This document shows positions 53,101 through 62,100 of a stretch of DNA of 64,000 bases, one piece after another (positions within the stretch are counted from its first letter, which is position 1; each line of letters begins with the position of its first letter). A program made the position numbers and the translations under genes. The notes under the pieces are model-generated. The model did not search any database. It was given only the letters and a program-made list of their open reading frames with translations, and was not told the origin of the DNA. This stretch comes from Schmidtea polychroa (Eukaryota). The stretch covers positions 49,724,001 through 49,788,000 of the forward strand of contig CM097885.1 of the NCBI GenBank assembly GCA_044892525.1, read 5' to 3'.

Positions 53101-56100
53101 TAGAAAGTAAAATGGAAAATGTTATCGAAACTGAGTTAATTGAAGAATATCCACAAGCTCTAGAATCATCAATTGCAGAAGATGTTGTTGAGGAAGAGAT
53201 CGATACTGTCGAGGCGTCTATTGTAAAATCCGAGGATAAGTTATCGGCTCTATCAGAAGCTGTCGAACAAATAGAAAAGGTTGAACAAGACGAAATCAAA
53301 GACGAGGATTTAGAAATTAAACAAGTAGAATCTATAACAGCTGCCATTGAAAGTATTTCTGAAGAGAACGTAATTGAAATTAAATCAGAAATGCCTGAAA
53401 TAAATGTTTTCGAAGAAATGAGAGTAGAAGAGGAAATTATGAAAGTCGAAGAGGTTGTTGAAGAAACTATTGAAAAAGAAGAATCGGTTGAAGACTCATT
53501 CGAAATAGAAATGGAGCTATCAGACATTGAAAATGAAAATGTAGAAGTAGATTTTGAGATTAAAGATAAAGAAGAACTTCGAGTTGTTTCTGAAAATGTC
53601 GAAATTGTCAATGAAGATGAAACTGAAGCATGCAAAGAACAATCATACGAGGCGCCCTTAGAAAGTAAAATGGAAAATGTTATCGAAACTGAGTTAATTG
53701 AAGAATGTCCACAAGCTCTAGAATCATCAATTGCAGAAGATGTTGTTGAGGAACAGATCGATACTGTCGAGGCGTCTATTGTAAAATCCGAGGATAAGTT
53801 ATCGGCTCTATCAGAAGCTGTCGAACAAATAGAAAAGGTTGAACAAGACGAAATCAAAGACGAGGATTTAGAAATTAAACAAGTAGAATCTACAACAGCT
53901 GCCATTGAAAGTATTTCTGAAGAGAACGTAATTGAAATTAAATCAGAAATGCCTGAAATAAATGTTTTCGAAGAAATGAGAGTAGAAGAGGAAATTATGA
54001 AAGTCGAAGAGGTTGTTGAAGAAACTATTGAAAAAGAAGAATCGGTTGAAGACTCATTCGAGATAGAAATGGAATTATCAGACATCGAAAATGAAAATGT
54101 AGAAGCAGATTTTGAGATTAAAGATAAAGAAGAACTTCGAGTTGTTTCTGAAAATGTGGAAATTGTCAATGAAGATGAAACTGAAGCATGTGAAGTAGGA
54201 TCATACGAAGCGCCTTTAGAAAGTAAAATGGAAAATGAGAGTACTGAGACAATATTTATAAAACCTGATAACATGAAAAATATTTTATCTGAATCAATTG
54301 AACAAATTCAGAAGGTAGAACAATGCGAAAATAAAGACGAAATTGCTGAGGCAATGCAAGATACAGCTTCTGAGGCTGTTGTGGAAAATGTACTCGAACA
54401 AAAGATCACTGGACAAAAGACCGACAAACTCGAAAGAAGTATTTTAGAAATTTCAAATGTGCAATTGGAAATTATGAAAGATGAATCATTTATGGAAGAC
54501 TTAATTGAAAATGAAGAATCTTTAGAAGTTTCATTCGAAGTGGAAAACGAATACGCCAAGTCGATATACAATATGGATCTTCAGAATGTTTGTGACGATA
54601 TTGAAGATTTAGAGGTGCATGAAACGTATATATACGAAGAAAGGTTGGATGAAGTACATTTGGAAAATGTAACTGAAATAAATCTTTTGAAAAATGAAGT
54701 AATTAAAGAACAGCCACAATTTTTAGAGAGGCTGACAACTGACACTATCGTTGATGAAGAAATGAAGACTGTTGAAGGTGTTATTGTAGAATCAAAAGAA
54801 GAGATGAAAGTTTTATCTGAAGCTGTCGAACAAATCGTAGCAATTGAACAGAGCGAAATTAAAGAAGAATTATCAGAATTAGCTTTAACAAATATTGTTG
54901 AGGATAAAGTTTTAGAAACTAAATCGGAAAGGTCTGATGAATACGTTTTAGTGGAAACCCAAATGGAAATCGAAACTCCGAAAGCTGAAGCCGATACTGA
55001 AGAAACAATCAAGAAAGAAGAGACTATAGAGGACTCGTTTGAAATAGAAATGGAGTTATTAGATGTCGAAAGTGCGAATGTACAATCGGAATTCATGTCA
55101 AAGAACAATAAAGAGCTTCAAATTGTTCCCGAAAATATTGAAACTGTTGATGAACATGAAGCCGAAACATGCAAAGAAGCATTATATGAGGTAATTTTAG
55201 AAGGTAAGACAGAAGAGAATGTCTTTAAAACTAAAGTGATTGAAGAACATCCATATTTCCTAGAAGAATTGATAACAGAAAATATTACCGAGGACGATAT
55301 AAAGACTATTGATGCAACAGTTGTGACATCAGATGCGAAGGTTTCAGTTTTATCTGAAGCAGTAGAACAAACGCAAAGGGTTAAGCAAGATGAAATTAAA
55401 GATGATGTTGCAGAAATAGAACAAGTCATAGCTTCTAATTCTGTTGTTGAAAGCAAGGTTATGGAGCATGAATCAGAGAGACCTGAGTTGAATGTGTTGG
55501 AAGAATCGAAAATTGAAACAGAAATAATTGAAAAAGAAGAATCTATAGAGGACTCATTTGAAATTGAAATCGAATTATCAGATGTTGAATACCAAGATGT
55601 AGAAGCAGATTTCAAGACAAAAGAAAATTTAGCACTTCAAAATGTTTCTGAAAATGTGGAGAATATTTGTGATTATGTAGCTGATTTAAGTGAAGTATGT
55701 CTAGAAAATAAAGTTGAAGACAATGTATTTGGTACTATAGCAATCCTAGGACATCCACAAACTCTAGAAACGATAGTTGCTGATATTGTTATCGAAGAAG
55801 AAATAAATACTATTGAAGCAACAATTGTGAAAACCGAAGATAAGTTATCGACTCTATCTGAAGCTGTTGAACAAAATGTAATGATGGAACAAAGTGGAGT
55901 CAAGGAGGATGTTTCAGAAATTAAAGAAACAAGAGCTTCTACAGCAATTGTTGAAAATGTACTTGAAAATAAATCAGAAATGTTAGATGTCAATGTTTTA
56001 AAGAATTCAGAAGTTGAAGAAATTATGAAAGATGAAGCAGTTTTTGAAGACATAATTGTAAAGGAGGAATCAATGGAAGACACATTTGAAATAGAAATGG

Positions 56101-59100
56101 AATTGTCAGATGTTGAAAATAAAGACGTGGAAGCGGATTTCAGGACGAAAGATAATAAAGGACTTCAAAATGTTTCTGAAAATGTAGAAATTAGCGACAG
56201 GCAAGAAGCCAACATACATGATGAAGAAATCGAGGAAGTAAGTCTTCAACATAAAATAGAAGAAGATGTGTTTAAAACTGAAGTAATTAATGAACAGTTA
56301 CAATTTCTAGAAGAGCAAATAATTGAAAATATTGTCGACGAAGAAATGCATAATGTTGAAGCAACGCTTGTAAAGTTAGAAGAGCAACAAACAGTTCTAT
56401 CTGAAGCAGTAGAACAAATTAAGGAGCTAGAACATGACAAAAACGAAGTTTCAGAAATCAAACAAGATTTAGTTTCTTCAGCTGTCGTGGAAGATGTTCT
56501 TGAAACCAATATTAATGAAAGTGAAGTAAAGGAACTTCATATAAGAGTTGTAGACTCAATAGAAAGAGAAGAATCAGTTGAGGATTCTTTTGAAATAGAG
56601 ATGGAATTGTCAGATGTTGAAAATGAAGACGTAGAAGCAGATTTCAAAACAAAAGACAATAAAGAACTTCAAACTCTTTCTGAACATATTGAAGTTCAGG
56701 ATGAAAATGAAACTGAAACAATCAAAGAATTTGATAAAGTTAATTTAGAAGGTAAAGTCGAAGAAAATGTGTTCAAAAAGAATATAATTGAAGAACATCC
56801 ACAATTTTTAGAAGCATTGATAGCTGATAATATTGAAGATGGAATGGTAAATAATGTTGAAACAACCATTGTAAAACCTAGAGAACAGTTAGCAGTTTTA
56901 TCTGAAGTAGTTGAACATACACAAATCCTTGATGAGAACGAAATTAAAGAGGAGATTGCTGAAATAAAACCAACAACAGCTTTCGCAGATCTTGTTAAAA
57001 ATATACCTGAAGATAAGGTCTGTCAGCATAAATCGGAAAAGCTCGACGTAAATGTTTTGGAGGAAGTGAAAATGGAAAAGGAAAGTTTGGAAACTGAGGA
57101 CGTGATCAAAGAAACAATTGAGAAAGAAGAATCGATAGAAGGCTCCTTTGAAATAGAAATGGAATTATCGGATGTCGAAGGTGAAAATGTTGAAGCAGAT
57201 TTTAAGACAAAGGAAAATCAAGAACTTCAAGTTCTTTCGGAAAATGTTGAAATTCAAGACGAACATGAAGTGGAAAAATCCAAAGAAGAATCGGATGAAG
57301 TGAATTTAGAAAGCAAAGCTGAGGAAAATGTGTTCAATATAAAGGCAATTGAAGAACATCCAAACATTTTAGAAGCGTCGATAAATGAAAATATTGCCGA
57401 AGAAGAAGTAAATACTGTTGAAGCAACTCTAGTTAAATCGGAAGAACAATTACCGGTTTTATCTGAAGTTATTGAACAAGTTGAAAAACTAGAAAAAGGT
57501 GAAATACAAAATATGCATTTGGAAACTGAAGAAGATCAAGTTGTTCCTACAACGGTTGGTTCTATGAAGGAGACTAAAGCTGAAGCATTCAAAACAGACA
57601 TTGAGAATGAATTACTGGAAGAATCGTTTGAAATTAATCTAGAATTAGAGAATGCAGAACATAGCGATGTTAAAAATGAGTTCCAAGTTAAAAATCAATA
57701 TTCTCTCCAAGAAATCTCTGAAGTTATTCCAACAATCGATGATAAAGAACTTGAAGAAATTGCTGAGATCTTGTCCTACGTAAAAGCTGAAGATAAAATT
57801 GTAGAAGATGTCTACGATCGTAATATCATTGCAGGCATTTCTGAACAGCAGATATTATTCGAAGAAAGTTTTGTGAAAGACATTGCAGAAGATGTAGCTA
57901 AATTTGTTTCGGCGATGAATGTTGTTGGAGAGGAAGTTAATAAGATTATGTCGGTCATAGTAGAACAGCGTGAAATTCTTGATTTCATTAAACTCAACGA
58001 TTTAAATATCGAAATTTCAGATGAAACAGCAAAAGAGTTCATCGTTAAAAATCAGGCAGATAATAAGGCGGTCATTATACCAGTAGAGCAATTAGAAAAC
58101 ACCACTGAAGATATCGTCCACGATCTAAAGGATCTTATTGCCGGTGAGAATTTCGAGAGAACTCTGATTAGCGACGCATTTGAGGACAAAATCTCTAAAT
58201 CCCAGCCTGAGATATTGGTGGAGAATTCTGGTGAAGATTTCGAATTTGAAATTCCTGATAGTAAAACTGACGAAGTAGATGCTGATTTCAGTTTGAAGAA
58301 ACCAACTGAAAGCATTGTGAAAATTTCAGAGAAAATTTCTAGAGAAAATACAACTGAATCCGTTGACAGCCAAAGCAAACTTGAAGAAGTTGAAGAAATG
58401 GATGACGATGATGGACTGGGAGATTCTTATTTAGATGATCGTCATGATTTGCAATCGGCAAAGAAATTCCTGCTCCAAGAAAGTCCACATGTTGTTGAAG
58501 AAGACATTTTAACCGGAAGTTTTGATTCCTTTACTGAAAGTTTGGAATATGAAGATTTTGATGATAGTAATTTTATGGAATTGAAAGAATTAAAAACATC
58601 TGAATACGGGTTTGATACTGCTCTATTCAGTAAACAACAGAGTCATGTTGATATTATTAATGAAAGGATTGTTGAAGAAATCATATCCGATACCAATGAA
58701 TTATATGACAGTGATATCGCTGAAATCGTCGAACTCGAACTAGACTCCGATGTTTTACAGTTAGCTAAGACTAGCCAAGAAGTTTTCTTCGTTAAAGAAT
58801 TGACAGATATGACATTGTCGGTAGGGAAATCTCTTCTTCTTGAATGTGAAATTACACCAACCGTTGATGTTGTCGTGGAATGGTTTAAGGTCAATATCAA
58901 TGTTTGCTATTTTAATAATAATATTATCATTATAGAATTTAACTCCCGTGATATCCAATGAGCATATTGCAATCACCTATGATCTCGGAAAATGTATTTT
59001 GATGATTGCTGAAGTTGAGGAAGAAGATTCCGGGCAATATATTTGTAAAGCTTGTTCTCGTGAGCGTAGTATTTCTACATCCAGCAATGTTACTGTGAAA

Positions 59101-62100
59101 AGTAGGGAGATTATTTTCTTTTCGAAATTTCATTATTTTGCTTTAAGACGGTACTTTAGAAGCGAAAGAGAGTGATGAAGAAACCATTGATGCTTCATTT
59201 GAAATTGATGCTGACAATAAGCAAAATACTGACGATGTAAATTCCGAATTTGCCCTTCATCCAATCGTCAAAGAGCCTTTGCCGAATGAAATATCCATTC
59301 CAGAACGTGGCAAATTACTTCTTCAGTGTGCGATCGTACAAAGCCCTGAAAACAATGTCAGCTGGTATTTAGATGGAGATTTATTAGAAAATTCGGAAAT
59401 TTATGAAATTAATAATACACCTGATGGAGTATGCCAATTAATCATCCATGAAATTTTCCCGGAGGACGAAGGATATTATTGCTGTAAAATCGAAAATCAG
59501 TTTTCAACCATCGAAACTGGCACAGATGTTCGAATTATACCGGATAGTGTTGCTGGTCAAAAACCGAAAATTGAGTCTAAATTACTTGAAAAAGCCGTTG
59601 AAGAAAATTCAAGTACTAATGACTTTTTGTTGGACCTAGAAGATGAACAACCGATTACAACAGATGCTGTCGAAGCAGTCTATGAAGGGAAATATGAAAA
59701 TCTTCCAGAAACTGAATCTATGGATGTAGATTTCAACTTGGAGCTTGATGATAGAAGTAAGAATTTTTTGTCTATTTTGGATAATTTTACCTTTCAGAAT
59801 TTTCTGTTAGAAATTTCAAATATATTTAGCATTTTAAGTGAAATAATTACTTATCTAATGCATAAGATACCAAGTAATAAAGCTGCGATGGATGGTGAAG
59901 CATTAGAAATTTAATATAATATTTTACTTATAATTTGTCAGTTAGAAATAAATAATTAAATAAATTAAATTATCAAATTATCAAATGATCAATAAACTTA
60001 TAATAATTGANNNNNNNNNNNNNNNNNNNNNNNNNNNNNNNNNNNNNNNNNNNNNNNNNNNNNNNNNNNNNNNNNNNNNNNNNNNNNNNNNNNNNNNNNN
60101 NNNNNNNNNNNNNNNNNNNNNNNNNNNNNNNNNNNNNNNNNNNNNNNNNNNNNNNNNNNNNNNNNNNNNNNNNNNNNNNNNNNNNNNNNNNNNNNNNNNN
60201 NNNNNNNNNNNNNNNNNNNNNNNNNNNNNNNNNNNNNNNNNNNNNNNNNNNNNNNNNNNNNNNNNNNNNNNNNNNATTACGTAACGTCGAGTATCGATGC
60301 CGAAAAGACTATACAAATACCTTCAACGCCAATAGATGTATCAGCAGTTCTGGAAAAGAATCAAAAAGCCAACGGAACGTGTGATACAGTGGTAATATCA
60401 TGGGAAATGCCATCAGAAAATCAAGGATCAGTTACCGATGCCATATTACAATACAGATCAAATAAAGATTCAGAATGGCAAACTGTTGATTCAGAAATGA
60501 ATGTAAACAAAAAGACTTGTACCTTACCCGTGGAATTATTATCAGAAAATTTGTCTTATGAATTTCGTTTAATCGCGGCAAATGCATTCGGTCGAAGTAA
60601 ACCATCAAAACCTTCTAATGCTTTATCATTAGGTTTAATCTTTTTAACTCTATTTGTAACTAAATTCTCATTAATATTTTCAGAAATACCACCAAAAATT
60701 ATAAAGCCATTGGAAAATATTGTGGTTAAAAATATGAATGAAAAGATTGTTTTGACCTGTGAATTGTCTAAGCCCATTGAAAAATACACCTGGCTAAAAG
60801 ACGGGTTACCTTTGATTCCTAACAAGAATCTTGAATTCACGGTTAATGATAACAAATACAGTTTGACAATCAAAAATGTTACTAAAGAAGATATTGGTTT
60901 GTATAAATTTAGTTTGGGAAAATTAATAACCGAAGGTCGTGTTGATATGCAAGGTAAAAGTTGATAATATAGTTTCTTTTATGTTCATTTTGTAATTAGT
61001 TCCTCCTCATCTTCTTGAAAATAAGAACTTCAAAGAAAGATTGATAATGAAAGTTAACAGCTCGTCTGTCATTGAGATTCCATTCATGGCATTTCCTAAG
61101 CCAAAAATATCTTGGACTTTCAAATCATTGATCAAAAAAAATGTTACAACGCCCAGATTTCGTTCAGAGGATGCTTTAGGGGGTTTAGCATGCTTGACTT
61201 TATCCAAAGTGAAGCCTGATGATGAAGGAATTTATAATGTGAACATATCTAATGAACATGGAAAGTTAGATTTATCTGTTGAAGTGGTTATTTTGGATAA
61301 GCCCAGTGAACCAGTTGATTTAAAAGTGATGGATAATCAAGGAGATAAAGTTTCAATTGCTTGGAAACCACCAGTAAGTGAGCTCAACAGACCCGAATAT
61401 CAAGTCAAAGAAACGGGACCAGTTACATACATAATAAAAATGAGAGAAATTGCAAAAAGAAAAGACATTGATTTAGGAGTTTCAATGGTGCCAACATATG
61501 AAATATCTAATCTTATTGTAAATACAAAGTATGTATTTTGTGTGGCGGCAAAAAATAATTTTGGTGAATCAAATTACGTGGAAACTGGAACTGTTGAAAC
61601 AAAATATCCGTTTTGTGTTCCAGATGCTCCAACAGAATTAAATCCACAACCAAGAAATCTGGGAGAGGTCTCACTTTCTTGGATTCCTCCATTAAAGGAT
61701 GGAGGCTCTGAGATTTTAAAATATGTAGTGGAAAAGAAATCAGAAACATCTGGTTCAAAATGGACTCTCATTCCTATTGAAATGACTGATAACAAACCAA
61801 CTTCTAACTCTTGTATTGTGAAATCTTTGAAGCCAACAATCAAAGTTCAATTTCGTGTTGCTGCGATTAATAAAGCTGGCCAGAGCCCATTTAGTTTACC
61901 GACAGAATATCTTTTACCAATATCAAAAGACAAGTTAATTCCTGGTGTACCAGAAATACAATCAATCATTCCAATTGGTCTAACAAGTGCAAATCTTTCG
62001 TGGACCGCCCCTGAAAAATCTGATTTTCATGGACCGGTAGAATATTATGAAATTGAAATGAAGGAGTTTTCTCAAACCGATTGGAAACCGTGCTTACAAA

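Noticed and set aside
51215-58378. Long Ser-rich antisense ORFs (e.g. 789 aa at 51905-54274)
   Set aside because: They are the mirror of Glu/Ile/Val codon bias and tandem repetition in the sense exon; no independent domain signal.
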